Below are positions 37,962-52,515 of a DNA stretch of 64,000 bases, piece by piece; the first letter of the stretch is position 1, and each line of letters starts with the position of its first letter. Source of the stretch: Macrostomum lignano (Eukaryota); contig NIVC01000109.1 in the NCBI GenBank assembly GCA_002269645.1, positions 483,670 through 547,669 of the forward strand. The letters are read 5' to 3'. Made by a program: the position numbers and the translations under genes. A model generated the notes under the pieces. It saw only the letters and a list, made by a program, of their open reading frames with translations, made no database searches and was not told where the DNA came from.

Positions 37962-39955
37962 TTGTAAAGAAATTCACTGGAAAAAGCAGGTGCATTCTCT
38001 TGCAACCAATCCAGAATCACATCTGTATCGCTTTCATTACTTGAAGTAGAGATTCGTTGGTAAAAAGTTTCGAAAATGATACGCAATAATTCAGCTGTAT
38101 TCTGCTGTGCATCTCGCATGTTGATCTCAATTGAAGCTTTGGTAAGCGGCTGTTCAGCCAGCAGACTTTTGCCGCAATCTAAGCAAACAGTTCGGAAATG
38201 ACAATTTTTGGATCTCTCGAGCAAGAATGACACTACAGAACAGGTTGACTTGCAATAGTAGTCACAACTTAGACGAATAAACTGAGCCAACACAGCAGGA
38301 AGCTCATCTGAGTTAGAAGCTTCAATATGGCTCAAAAGTGCCGAGTCGAAGGCGTCGAGACATAATTTGATCAGCCACTGGCAGTCCGAGGAGAAAACTT
38401 TGGACATGAATTTCAGAGTGAATTGTTCATCAAAAAATCCGCTCAAGCTGAGCAAGTCATTCAGAGCTCGTCGGTTTGATGCAGAGTTTTCGTTTTCGAT
38501 TTCAGACCCGATTGAGTCAATGACTGCAGCTCGAACGACTGGAACTCCTTCGGCATGCCAAAGCATCAAACTCTCGCACTGCAGGCTTTTAGCCTTTGCA
38601 GTTATTTCGCAGAGTGGCTTCCATCCTTCTGTTTTGAGTTCAGCCAGCTGCTCGTTAAACAAAACCTGAGAGCTGCAGTCTTTCACCAATTTTAGCGAAG
38701 AGGAATCTAAACATTCGGAAGACTCAAACGCTTTCACTGTCTCTACCACTTCATTGATTGTTAGGAACTCAATCAGGAGATCGCTCAAAGCTGAATTACT
38801 CTCTGCATCGTGGAACATTGAGCTGAAAATCACAACAAAATTATCTGAGTTCAACTCTCGGACAAGACCGGAACTTAGAAGAAACTGAGCCAAAGCAGAT
38901 CTGAACTTGTCCGCTGCGCGCTGGATGAATCCGAGACTGTCGACAAGCAGAATAAAGTTTGCAGGAGATTCAGAAGAATGCAGCAGCTGGGCGCAATGGC
39001 AGAGGTGCAGAAACGATGGTAAATACGAATCCAGAAAGAAAACTGACTGAACATCAACAGAACCCAAATCTGGCTGTTGAAGGCATTGCAGTAACCACTG
39101 AGCTGCATCTTTAGGCCAGAAAGTGTCGCCATCAGCTTCGAATCTTTGGTGAATATGCAGCGAAACTCTACACAGCATCAGCTTTCCACCGGGCTTGAGT
39201 GAACCAAAACCAGCTGAAAAATATTGCGTGACGGCTGAAATAAATTCGACTGACTCTGCCGCGATTTGGTCGGTGATAACAGACTCAATCCATGTTTCAA
39301 TGAGCACAGCACAGCATTGATTGATAAATACAGATGGCTCAGAATTGTCAAGCACAGTTTGACTACCAACACCAGCTAGTGAAGCAGCATGGAAGGCAAA
39401 GATTTTCCAAAATAAAGCTGGTTCTCTTGCAATGGACTGCAGGTATGGCCGAAGAAAGGCGTCAAGGCAAACCCGTCTGCCGGCATTCAAAGGACGAATT
39501 TCGAACTCCTTCAGTGCACCATCGATAAGACGAGTACATCGGTTCGGACAGTTCTGGACGATGATGTCAGATATTTTAGCAGCAGAAACTGTAGCAGCAA
39601 CACCTGTTGAATAGGTAGCGTCCATCTGCTTCAAATCAGGAAATGTTGCAGGTTGGTCGCAATTGCTGAGCTCATAGCAGTATTCACTGCTAACAATGTC
39701 TGCGGCGAGAATAAAAACTCGCCACACAGGTAGTGAGTAGAAGTCACAAAGCTTTCTGATTTTGTACTCAATGGAAGAAGATTGATTCCGTTTGGTATTT
39801 GTTAGCACTAGCAAAGCTGTCATATCACATGTGGCATTGAGCACAGCACTGATGAGTGCATTCTCCTCGTCAACTGAAAGATTTTCGCCCTTTGAAGCCT
39901 GGTCAAGAAAATGTCTGGCTACATCCGCAATGAAGAGCCGAAATTCGAATTCGAC
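37962..39955 (-). CDS. Exon A1 of the stalk-like gene (~664 aa)
   Basis: Acceptor cattttag (phase 0), begins VEFEFRLFIADV; GTAAGT donor at 37961 (phase 2); includes ORF 37958-39844; paralogous to A2. Confidence 0.78.
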
Positions 39956-40404
39956 CTAAAATGAAGTAAATATCAGTATGATAGTCAATCATTTGCCAAA
40001 AGAGCAACTACGTACAAGGGTAAAGCAGCTTCTGTATCGAATCAAATGAAAAGGTTTAGGACCAAATATAATACATGTATAAAGCTTAGCTTTGGCCAAC
40101 AAGATGTACACACAAACAATCTCTAATCCTAGTAAATGAGTATGCTAATTCACTCACATAGCAGGACTGAGCACTCGGTAAAAGTTGAGCGTAGTCAGTT
40201 TCTTGTATGCACCAGCTCTACAATTCAATCGAAATTTTTGGTGTTGTGCTTATATTTAAATATGTAAAATTAGATATAAAATTAGAGGCATGAAATTATA
40301 GGTATTATTTGTGCGTACTTAGTACAACTATCTGGTACAACTTTATCAGAGCAAGCCTATTTGCAGAAGATGAACCAAACAATTTATGATAAAACAGTAC
40401 TCAC

Positions 40405-40684
40405 TAGTTCGAGTGCAGATTCACTTGGTGATGCTTTGATTGACTGGAACAGAGCTCTAACACATGGGCAGGTTTCTGGACTAAACTGGCAAGACCCAAC
40501 CGTAACACTAGCTGGGATTTCAGGCAAGGCAGAGTTTGGAGCAACTAGTGGGTCCGGTGGAACCTTTGGAATCCTGAGCCGACGCGCTGGTTGATGGCTG
40601 GCGGCATCATCAGCTGCTGCTTCTGAATCGGAGCTACCTGACTGCTGTCGCGCTCTCAGAGAGTCTTGCTTTCGAGCACGCTTT
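40405..40684 (-). CDS. Low-complexity 5' exon of the stalk-like gene
   Basis: ttttttag acceptor, GTGAGT donor, 280 nt open, phases match both neighbours. Confidence 0.62.
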
Positions 40685-40805
40685 CTAAAAAACAGAATAT
40701 TTAGAGATAAAAGCAGGCTACATCTGCTGAGAAGAGCGACAATATGAAGCTAAATTCCCAATAACTAGATTATGGTCTAATTTGATTCCCTGCTTCATCA
40801 CTTAC

Positions 40806-41226
40806 TCGAGACTTCGCAGCTTCCTGCGAGCAGCCGTGTAATAAGCCTTGCCCAGAATGACACGGAAGAACTTCAGTCCCTTCACTTTCGGCTGCACATG
40901 CTCAGTCAGCCACAGATTTAGTTGGCCAGAGTCCAGAAACTTCTTTAGCTGAACCAGCTGCTGGCTGCTGGTCACATCGAGGCTGAACACAACCCGAGAC
41001 AGTCTACTCAGCTCCTTGGCTTCGTCGCATTCTAAATCATCACTGCTACTGCTGCTGGAGCTGCTCTCAGATGTTGATGCAGTTTCAATCTCGATGGTCT
41101 TTAGACCGCCAGTAAATGGTAACAAATGGGACAAATCGCTTTTTAACTGTAGAAGGCACCTGCGAAGCCTCTTTAACACTGTAGCGCTGGCATTGTACTT
41201 TACAACAGCTGTCTCCTCATACGGAA
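40806..41226 (-). CDS. 5' internal exon of the stalk-like gene (needs an upstream phase-1 exon)
   Basis: caattttag acceptor, GTAAG donor, includes ORF 40802-41179; phase 2 end matches the 40684 exon. Confidence 0.62.
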
Positions 41227-43382
41227 CTAAAATTGATTAGTAAGTAAGATGCTTAAATGATATTTAACAGTCAGTGACAAAGGACAATGATACAGATTGG
41301 ATTACTTAATCAAGATTGAACAGGTAAGGAGTTCAGACATTTTTGGCTTTGAGGGTTACTATCTGCACTAGATTGGCCTATGCTGGGAGGGTGTTTGTTT
41401 GCTATATTATGCTAGATACACTATCTCTACATATAAAAATCAAAACTCTGTGTGTGTGTTTGTGTGTGGACAATTTTGATCGCTATGGACTCCCAAACCG
41501 CTCAACCAAATGACACCAAACTTTACACCCACCCTAAACTCACTACGGAGAATGTCTTAGGCTACCTTTAAATTTCCTAAATTTGAGTCTTCCTACCTAA
41601 AAGTGCAAAAAACTGCTTAAAATGCGCGATTTTTTCACTAAATCCTCCATAGCGCCGCTCCACTTCTACCGATTCTCTTCAAATTTGACACAGATAATCT
41701 TAAACTATTTTGGCACAATCGTGTAAAATTTCAAGTCTCAAAATGAATCCTAAACGGCTGTGTGCACTTTTAAAGTTAGGCTGTTTTTTTCAGCGAGGCA
41801 GCCACCCCAACCTCCGCCCGCCTGCCTCTCTTTCCCGATCTGGGCCCAGATGTGTAAAAGGGTTTCAAAATTGACTAACTTTCAGCTGCCATAAGTTTGC
41901 TCCACGTAAAGTTTGCTGACTTCAAACTTGACACAATTCTTCACTGACCAATTCTCTATCTAAATGTAAAGTTTCAACTCTGTAACTCAACCGAAAAAGA
42001 AACTGTAAGCATGTGAAGTTTGTCTGCTTTTTCTGTTGTTTGTGCCACTCACTCACTCATTGCCCCAGAGCCAGACGAAGGGTCAGGCGATGGGACTGAA
42101 TGTACATAGCAAATGTACAGTGTTTTGGAATATCTTTATTTATAGCCTTCTCTGCACCCCGCGAGTGGAGAGGCGTAGAGAGGAGAGACAGTTTAGCGAG
42201 AGATTCAAACCACTGTCCTCTGTATAGACACAAGTCTGCAGCAGTTTAACAGTGGATGGCAATTGGCAATTGGCAAATCGAGGGAATCCACTATCCAGCA
42301 TGGTTTGTAAAAGCGAAAGATTTATGAAAAGGCGATGCGATGCAATGCAATACAACCCTACTAAATTGGGCACACCATGGAAATTTTAGGTTTCTTTTAA
42401 AGGTACTGTGTAAATATTAAATGGCCTCCTAAGAAATGCGTATTTCCTTGGTTGTTAGACTGATGCAGACTGCAGTGGAGCTGAAGATACAAAAATTCCT
42501 TTCAGGGCTGCAAATTGGCAAGAAAGATGACGTGATCAAAGCATGAGAACAACCATGAGAGTATTACGTCCCACAAACTGGCTTTCCATGCAGGGATGGG
42601 CAGACTTTTACCTCAAAGGCCAGATAAAGAATCCAGCTCATAGCTGAGGGGCAGATGAAAGTGGAAGAAGAAGGAATAGACGATTCGAAGAGAGGAGAGG
42701 CGACAGAGGGGATAAAAGAAAAGATAAAAGATAATAGGAGAGATGAGGGGGTGAGGACGATGAGAGAGAGGGGGAGAAGAGGGGAGAGAGGAAAAGCGAG
42801 AGGAGAGAGTAGAGATGAGAGAGCAGAGAGCTGCAGATGAGAGGAGAGAGCAGAGAGCAGAGAGGAGAGCAGAGAGGAAACAGGTGAAAGAAGAGATGAG
42901 AGAGTAAAGGGAAGAGAGAAGAGATAAAGATACATCTCTACATCTCTAAGGTTGTAGAGATGAGAGAGGTGGAAGGAGAGATGAGAAATGAGAGATGAGA
43001 GATAACGGAGAGAGGAGAGTGGAGTGAGAGAAGAGAGGGAGACAGAGTATAGAAAAGGGAAGAAAAGAGAAAAGAAGAAAGGAGAAAGGAAAGTGAGGAG
43101 TCAAAAGAGGGGAAAGAAAAGAGTACAGAGGAGAGAGGTGAGAGAACATATAAGACAGAGATGCCAGATTAAAGAGGGGGATGAAAGAGCAGAGACGAGA
43201 GTGAACAGATAAAAGATGGGAGAGTAGAGAGAACAGAGGAGAGGTTACAGAGACGAGAGGAGAGAGGAGAGACAAAGGTAGAGAAGTGAGTGAGAAGAGA
43301 GGAGAGGAAAGAGGAGAATGGAGAGGGAGAGAGTAGAGAGAGGAGGAGAGATAAGAGAGAAAGACAGAGAAGAGAGAGAGAT

Positions 43383-43507
<125 letters not shown>

Positions 43508-44096
43508 CAGAGAGAAATGAGAAGAGATAAGAGAGAAAAGATAAAAAGAAGAGAAAGGAAAGATGAGAGAGCAAAGACGAGAGAGAAAAGAGGTGCGGGA
43601 AGAGACGAGAGAAGAGGGGAGAGATGAGAGAGTTAAGAGAAGAGAGAAAAGAAATAGAAAGGAGAAGGAAGATAAGAGAGAAGAGGGGGTGAGAGGAGAG
43701 AGGAGAGGGGGGAGAGAAGAGAGAAAACGGAAAAGTAGAGAGGAGAGAGAAAAGAAGAGACAAGAGATGAGATAAGAGAAATGAAAGAGAAGAGAGATGA
43801 GGGAAGATACGAAAGAAGAGGGGAGAGAGGAGAGACGAGAGAGGAGAGACGAGGGACGAGAGAGATGAGAGGAAACAAAGAGACGATAGAAATTTTAAAG
43901 GATCCAAGGGATGTAGGGAGAGACAGGGAGAGACCAGAGTTTAGCAATATATGTTTTAGAGTCAGACAGACATTGCCTGACATTCTGCGCAGTACCCCAG
44001 CCAACAATGTCTCAAACCCTAATTTTAAACGAATGTGCTCCATTTTATGTCTACCTCTATCCTACTAACTATTAACAAGTTTTTGTTTGTGTATGG

Positions 44097-46997
44097 CTAG
44101 GGCGGGCAAACTCCGGCCCGCGGGCCAGATCCGGCCCGCGAGGCTTTATTTTCTGGCCCGCCACATAGCTTCTCATTTGCATTAAAATCCGGCCCGCATA
44201 AGTCTGGCACTAGATTTTCCAGATTCTAAGGCTCTACTAAGGAGTCTAGACTCTAATAAGCAAACAAAGACTTATTCCCCTCTCCCTTTATATAGTATAT
44301 TGTCAGATTCTAAGATTCGAAGGTATGGGCTGTGCCCAACCTTAAGCTCAATTTGGCTGTCTGTCCCTCTGGGCACGTGGCGTACGTCCATAAGTTCTCT
44401 TCCCCTTTCTAGCAGTCTTCCTATCAAGCCTTAGACATTGTTATATTATCCAGAGAGAAAAGAGTTGGTTTGGCCCCTGCACTGTTTAGCAGGCTGCAGC
44501 CTGCTGTTGGTAGACCACCTCCCCCCGAATCTGTTTATTTATGTGCCTATTAACTAAAAGTTCCCCTAAAATAAAATTTCCCTCAGTGTCACAGTGTGCC
44601 TTCCATCTATCTATCTAATCATGTCTACTACACCTCAACCTGCTAAAAAGAGAAAAGTAGATCTCGAGTGTCGGGCCTTTAAAGCTGATTGGCAGGAGAA
44701 GTACTTTTTTGTTGAGCGCTTTGGCCAGGCGCAGTGTCTTATCTGTTTTAAGATTGTGGCCGTCCTTAAAGAATTCAATGTGCGTCGCCACTGGGAAACT
44801 AATCACCAAACATCAGCCTATGCTTCAATGCCTGCTGATAAGAAGAAAGAAGCTATCACAAAGCTGTCTGGCAACCTGCAGAAGACGACTTTGCTCTTCT
44901 GCAAGCAGACCACTGAGGCCGACAAGGTGACTCGTGCAAGCTACGAGGTCTCCCATCTACTAGCTTGCCGGATGAAGCCTTTCTCGGATGGGGACTTCAT
45001 CAAGGAGTGCCTTGTGACTGTGGTGAATTCTGTCTGTCCAGAACAGCGTTCTGCTTTTGAGAGCGTGAGCCTCTCATCCCGTACTGTTCGACGGCGCATT
45101 GAGGAGATGTCGGACAATGTGCACGACTTGCTGAAGACCTGCTGCTCTGATATAGTTGCCTTCTCCCTAGCTCTTGACGAGAGCACTGACATGAAAGATA
45201 CAGCCCAGCTGGCCATTTTTATCCGAGGAGTCACTTTTGACCTCAAGATTCACGAGGAGTTTCTGCAGCTTGTCCCACTGCATGGCACCACCACTGGCAA
45301 GGACATCTTTGATGCTGTGCTTCAGTGTGTTGAGCAGCACTCACTTGATCTTTCTCGCCTTGTGTGTGTGACGACCGATGGTGCCCCAGCAATGACTGGA
45401 GAGAGGAAAGGCGCCGCATCACTCCTAGTGCATCACTGTGAGGCTGCCGGCCATACCCAGCCAATACAAAAGATGCATTGCATTATTCATCAGGAGGCCC
45501 TGTGCGCCAAGTCTGCCAAACTTGCTGATGTCATGTCGATTGTGGTGAAAGTTGTCAACTCCATCCTCTCTAGCAGCCTCAACCAGACTCTAGTGGACGA
45601 GGTGAATACGCAATATGGAGACCTGCTCTACTTCTGCGAAGTCCGCTGGCTGAGCCGTGGGGCCATGCTTTCTCGTGTGTGTGACCTGCAGCAGGAGATT
45701 GTCACATTTTTGCGCTAGAAGAATCTGCCCCATGCGGACTGCTTTTCTGACCCAAAATGGCTTGCTCGCCTGGCCCTGCTGACTGATGTCACTGCACACC
45801 TGAATGCCCTCAATTTAAAACTTCAAGGCCAAGAAATTCTTGTGACGGACATGCACGCTGAGATCACTGCATTCGAGGTCAAGCTACGCTTGTGGGAGGC
45901 TCAGCTGACTGCTGGTCAGTTTGTGCACTTTCCTCGTCTTGCTGCCTGTGCCCCAGATGACGTGGACCTGGTCACTTGCGCAGGGGTTGTGGCTTCTCTG
46001 CGGGAGGAGTTTGCCTCCCGCTTTGCAGGAGTCAGACGCCTGGCTGTGGACTTCAAGCTCCTCACTGCTCCCTTTGACTGCTCGGTGGATGATGCCCCAG
46101 CTGCCCTGCAGATGGAGTTGGTTGAGCTGCAGTGCAACGATGGACTGAAGGCAAAGTTCCGCACTTCCTCCCCTCTAGCCTTCTTTCGGGACCTTGTTCT
46201 CCCATCCAACAACTTTCCAAACTACATCGCCCATGTTCAACGTATTGTGGCCATGTTTGGGAGCACCTATTGCTGCGAACAGCTGTTTTCCAAAATGAGC
46301 TTCACCAAATCTCGCCTTCGTTCCCAGATTTCAGACCGCCATCTTAATGATATCCTTCTGCTGTCTACTTCGTCTATCAAGCCGGATTTTGAAGCACTTC
46401 TTCAGGGCAGACAGTACCACCCATCTCATTAAGTTCAAATGACTGAATTTCTGCTAACAGACTGTAGATTGGGCATGTCTGTCAACCAAAATTTGTCACT
46501 AATATCTCCTCTAACGGCATGCTATCACTGCCCATCATTGTTCGAGCATTTTGTCAATGTATTTCTTTTTGTATCTTTCCTATTATAATTCCCTGTCAAT
46601 GTCACTTTTTATTGTCCATTTTTTCTATTGCTAGTACTATTTTCCTTCATTAAATATCAACTGTATCATCTATATATAGCAAGTAACTAATAACTTTTTC
46701 ATCAGCGCTGATGTTATTGCCATCGGATGTAAGAGCAGTTACGTAATTTTTTAAACGTCATTTTTACTTAAACTTCTCATTTGTTAATTCGACTTTATAT
46801 AAAGCAAATATCTGCATATTCAATGATACATGTATTTCACTAATTGTAATGAAACCTACTATTAAAAGCTTGATAAGCAAATAAACTAAACTGTATTTCT
46901 ATCTACCAAGAAAGTTGCCTCGTTATTGAGCTCCGGCCCGCGGCTGTTCAACGAAAGTATTATTTGGCCCACTCTCTAAAAAGTTTGCCCGCCCCTG
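44097..46997 (+). mobile_element. hAT DNA transposon, SPIN/GTF2IRD2-like, 2901 bp
   Basis: TIR CTAGGGCGGGCAAACT / AGTTTGCCCGCCCCTG; 8-bp TSD GTGTATGG (44089-44096, 46998-47005); the empty site is preserved at ~58010 in Helitron copy 2. Confidence 0.95.
44621..46432 (+). pseudogene. GTF2IRD2/SPIN-like hAT transposase with one premature stop
   Basis: LALDESTD, VCVTTDGAPAM, HCIIHQEAL, EVRWLSRG, FGSTYCCEQLFSKM; in-frame TAG at 45716-45718 with homology continuing in frame to 46432; small deletion near SSSLNQ. Confidence 0.92.
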
Positions 46998-49144
46998 GTG
47001 TATGGCCTTAGATTTCAGAATACATGCAAAAGTAGTTCCGGGGATTGGAATTCCCCGGGTTCAAAATCCGCGGGTTTCAACAGCTTGTCTCTACATATAA
47101 AAATCAAAACTCTGTCTGTCTGTCTGTGTGTCTGTCTGTCTGTGGACAATTTTGATCGCTATGGACTCCCAAACCGCTCAACCAAATGACACCAAACTTT
47201 ACACCCACCCTAAACTTACTACGGAGAATGTCTTAGGCTACCTTTTAATTTCCTAGACTCAAGTCTTCCTACCTAAAAGTACAAAAAACTGCTTAAAATG
47301 CGCAATTTTTTCACTAAATCCTCCATAGCGCCGCTCAACTTCTACCGATTCTCTTCAAATTTGACACAGATAATCTTTAACTATTTTGGCACAATCATGT
47401 AAAATTTCGAGTCTCAAAGTTAATCCTGAGCGGTGCTGTGCACTTTTAAAGTTAGGCTGTTTTTTTCAGCGTAGCAACCACCCCAACCTCCGCCCGCCTG
47501 CCTCTCTTTCCCGATCTGGGCCCAGATGTGTAAAAGGATTTCAAAATTGACTAACTTTAAGCTGTCATAAGTTTGCTCCACGTAAAGCGATTGACTTCAA
47601 ACTTGACACAATTCTTTATTGACCCATTCTCTATCTAAATGTAAAGTTTCAACTCTGTAACTCAACCGAAAAAGAAACTGTAAGCATGTGAAGTTTGTCT
47701 GCTTTTTCTGTTGTTTGTGCCACTCACTCACTCATTCCCCCAGAGCCAGACGAAGGGTCAGGCGATAGGACTGAATGTACATAGCAAATGTACAGTGTTT
47801 TGGAATATCTTTATTTATAGCCTTCTCTGCACCCCGAGAGTGGAGAGGCTACGTTTAGACATGACAGTTTAGTGAGAAATTCTAACCACTGCCCTCCCCT
47901 CTGTATTGGCAAACTCTGCAGCAGTTTAACAGTGGATGGCAATTGGCAAATCGAGGGAATCCAGCAAAAAAGCGAAAGCGAAAAGTGGTTTGTAAAAACG
48001 AAAGATTTATGAAAAAGCGATGCGATCCTATGCACAATGCAATACAACCCTACTTAATTAGGCACACCATGGAAATTTTAGGTTTCTTTTAAATGTAGTG
48101 TGTAAATTTTAAATGGCCTCCTAAGAAATGCGTATTTCCTTGGTTGTTATTGTTAGACTGATGCAGACTGCAGTGGAGCTGAAGATACACAAATTCCTTT
48201 CAGGGCTGCAAATTGGCAAGAAAGATGACGTGATCAAAGCATGAGAACAACGATGAGAGTAGTACGTCCCACAAACTGGCTTTCGAAGCAGGGATCGGCA
48301 GACTTTTACTTCAAAAGCCAGATAAAGAATCCAGCTTATGTGCGGGCCAGATGAGAGAGGAAAGGAGAAGGAATAGACTATTAGAAGAGAGGAGAGGCGA
48401 GAGGGAGATAAGAGAAAACATGGAAGATAAGAGGAGAGACAAGTGGTGAGGAGAGAGCAGAGAAGAAGGGAGGAAGAAGCGAGAGGAGGGGAGAAAGGAG
48501 GGAGAGGAAAGAGTAAAGGTGAGAAGAGGGGAGAGATGAGACAGAGGATCAATGAGAGGAGAGTAGAGATGAGAGAGCAGAAAGAAGATGACAGAGGGTC
48601 AAGAGGAGAGGAGAGATTAGAGAGGAGAGAGTAGAAAGGATAGAGAAGAGAGGAGATAAGAGGGGGAGAGAGGAGTGAGAAGAGAAGAGATAGAGATAAG
48701 AGAGGGTTGTAAGAAGAGGGGAGAAAGGAGAGATGAGATTGTAGAGATGAGACAGATTAAAGGAGAGATGAGAGAGTAAAGATGAGAGATGAAAAAGGTG
48801 AGAAGAGAGTGCAGAGAGACGAGAGAAGATAATAGAGGAGAGAGAGTATAGAAGAGGGAAGAGAAAAGAAGAGAGGAGTAAGGAAAGAGAGGAGTCAGAA
48901 GAGGTGAAAGAGAAGAGTACAGAGGAGATAAGTGAGAGAACGTATGAGAGAGTAAAGATGACAGATGAGAGAGCAGAGATGAGGGTGAACAGACGAGAGA
49001 TGGGAGAGTAGAGAGAACAGAGGAGAGATAAGAGAGAAGAGATAACAGAGACTAGAGGAGAGAGGAGAGACAGGGAGAGAGAAGAGGAAATATGAGAATG
49101 AAGAGGGGAGAGAGTAGAGAGGAGAAGAGAGATGGGAGAGGAGA

Positions 49145-49233
<89 letters not shown>

Positions 49234-51778
49234 AGAGCAGAGAGAAACGAGAAGAGATAAGAGAGAAAAGATAAAAGAAGAGAAAGGAGAGATGAAAACG
49301 CAGACGAGAGAGAAGAGAGGTGAGGGAAGAGACGAGCGACGAGGGGAGAGAGAAGAGATAAAACAAGAAAAGAGATGAGAGAAAAGAGAGAGGAAAGAGA
49401 AGAGAGATGAGGGAAGATACGAGATAAGAGGGGAGAGAGGAGAGAGGAGAGACGAGGGACGAGAGAGAAGAAAGGAAACAGAAGAGACGATAGAAATTTT
49501 AAAGGATCCAAGGGACGTAGGGAGAGTCAGGGAGAGGCCAGAGTTTGCCAATACATGTTTTAGAGTCAGACAGAGGGGGGGTTTCACAAACTCGAAATTT
49601 CACAACGTCGAAAGCACCCTCCTTCATAAGGTCGAAATTTCACAAGGTCGAAATTTCACAACATCGAAAACTCGAAAAGCAGCCACTTTCATAAGGTCGA
49701 AATTTCACAAGGTCGAAATTTCACAACATCGAAAACTTTAGCAAGAGACTTCATAAGGTCGAAATTTCACAAGGTCGAAATTTCACAGCATCGAAACTCA
49801 AATAGCAGCCACTTTCAAAAGGTCGAAATTTCACAAGGTCGAAATTTCAAAACATCGAAAACTCAAAAAGCAGCCACTTTCATAAGGTCGAAATTTCACA
49901 AGGTCGAAATTTCACAACATCGAAAACTCTAGCAGAAAACTTCATAAGGTCGAAATTTCACAAGGTCGAAATTTCACAACATCGAAAATTCAAAAAGCAG
50001 CCACTTTCATAAGGTCGAAATTTCACAAGGTCGAAATTTCATAACATCGAAACTCAAATAGCAGCCACTTTCATAAGGTCGAAATTTTACAACATCGAAA
50101 ACTTTAGCAAGAGACTTCATAAGGTCGAAATTTCACAACATCGAAAACTTTAGCAAGAGACTTCATAAGGTCGAAATTTCACAACATCGAAACTCAAATA
50201 GCAGCCGCTTTCATAAGATCGAAATTTTACAATATAAAAACTGAGAATTTAGCAGCCTTAAGTATGACAAGGTCAAAATTTTACAATGTTGAAAACTAAG
50301 GTTTTTATTGTGTCAATGAATATATTATTATTTTTTGTTTTAATAGCTTTGGTTCAACTACGTTTTTAATCACCACTTCTTTAAGTAGTTCAACGTCAAG
50401 GGGCCTTTTCATATTGCTTGTTCTGGTTCCAGAACCAGAACCAATTTGTAAAGTATAACTTTTTGTCTCCATAACTAGAGGGAGATACGTGCTATAAAGT
50501 TTTTATTATTGAATGACAATCGCCAAGAAGAAAGTGAAAAATTGTGCTAAGTGAGTTTGTTAAGGCAGTCAAACATTCAACGGAATTAAATAGTTATACT
50601 GCTGTTTTTCTTGGAAGATCCGAACCGATTCTGATTCTGGAATTGGTAATATGAAAAGCCTCCTAAGGAGTGACTGAGTGCTCTGCTAAGTGTTATGACT
50701 ACTGGGACGATGGGTTAGTTTACATAAGTAAGTTTAGCTATATAGTTGGGAAGCATTTTGGAATTAGAAGCAGTAAAAAGCACCTTAAATTTGGTATCAG
50801 AAGTAGGATAAATTTAGGGGAAAAGAGATAGCCCTGTAAAAACTTTGGCAATAAATGTGTAGGATAAATTAGAATAAGTGACAAACAGAAAAACACCTAC
50901 AACATATTTACTATATAGGCCTACTAAACAACAATAGAATATAGAAAAGCCTTGAAGGCTTACAACTATTATGATTCAACAATAAAGTGACAATTGAAGA
51001 CTAAGGCCTAATATTATTGATAAAAATATTGTGAAAGTGTGATAGGCCTATTTAAAAAAATAAAGAAGTGCATAACAGAAAAATAATATGATTATCCTCT
51101 ACAAGGCATTTGAAAAAGATAAGACTCTTATGGCTTACAATGTATTTGTAAGAATTGACCTAAATTGGCTAAAAAGAGGCAAAGTTTTGCAAATTTTAGT
51201 TTTTTTGCAAACAAAAAATATATAGGCCTAGCAATTTTATGTTCAATTACAACCAAAAGATAAGAGATAAAAAGCTAAAATTGATATATTAGGCATAAAA
51301 ATTGGTTAAGTTAAAAGTTATATAGAAATATAATATTTTTAATAACTTAACTTTCTAGGCAAAATGATCATAGTGTAAAATAGGCAAAATGAATTACAAA
51401 AGTGCTAGCTAGCCATTGTAGAAAGAAAAAATATTGGGAACACAAGGGTAAACTTTAATATTTTTGTATATAGATATATTTTGTTATCATAGAATTATTT
51501 GTCATTAAAATATTAGGAAACTAAAGCAATGCCCTTTGGCCTTGGGCTTTCCTACTAACAAAATTATTAGGCAGGTAATTGCCCACCTTGCCCCTAGTTC
51601 TGTCATGCTTAGTGCTAGCTATCTTTTCAAACATAAAAAGGAGTTTGGCTTTTTAGCTTATAAAATATAAAAAAGTATATAGATATTTTTTATTCTAAAT
51701 CTATATACTAGCTACATTTTTGTATAAATTCAAATTTTTGTATTATTTTTAATTAAATTAAATGCCAACCATAGATTC

Positions 51779-52220
51779 TAGAATAACCAGATGGGCCACT
51801 CAGCACATTTGCATATAAGCTACTTTCAGTTCAGTAGCAATTTAAACAGAAGCATTTTAATATATTTTAAAGATAAGGTTCATTTATTGCTCTAACCCCC
51901 CGTCAACAATAAAACCTCCAACTGCGCCTTTCTTTCCACTCTACCCCCACCCCGCCCGCTCCAATTATAATTGCCTTTCTCGGAAATTCTAGCCTAAAGC
52001 GGCCATGTACATTTCAGTGGACTGGCCAATGTACATCATTGCTGAACCAATTAGCAAGTTGTTTATGCCTGCAAGCTTGAGCTTCTAAACTTATCAAAGT
52101 GATTTCAGCTGCCTTTGTTTATAAAATAGCTTATGCATTCTTCTTTGCTACTGAACTGAAAGTAGAAAGCTGTTTTACTAAGTATATATGCCTGAGTGGG
52201 CCATCTGGTTATTTTAGTAT
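51779..52220. repeat. Nested inverted-repeat (MITE-like) element inside the Mutator element
   Basis: aataaccagatgggccactcag vs ctgagtgggccatctggttatt; tactttcagttcagtagc vs gctactgaactgaaagta. Confidence 0.6.
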
Positions 52221-52515
52221 CTGTGATGCCAACTGAGGTCCAATCCAATGTATAGTGTGTGTATACAGATATAAAATAGATAATTGAATATATACAAACT
52301 ATTATTTTATTTTATTTATTATTGATTAAAAATATCTACTTATTTATTTATATAGTGATCACTTAGTTATTTTTATTTATTTATTATAGTCTTATAATAA
52401 TTAACTGAGTAGTTAAAACCATAGGGATTTCTAAACTTAGTTGCATTATAATTATAGTTGTTAATCTCTTTAATATCTTCCAGGTCAACAAGTATTTTCA
52501 AATTGCCAATTTATA

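Noticed and set aside
49567-49574. Classifying the 8.3-kb element as hAT because of its 8-bp TSD
   Set aside because: The encoded transposase is FLYWCH-MULE type and the TIRs are Foldback-like; the flank is also a 9-bp repeat with one mismatch.
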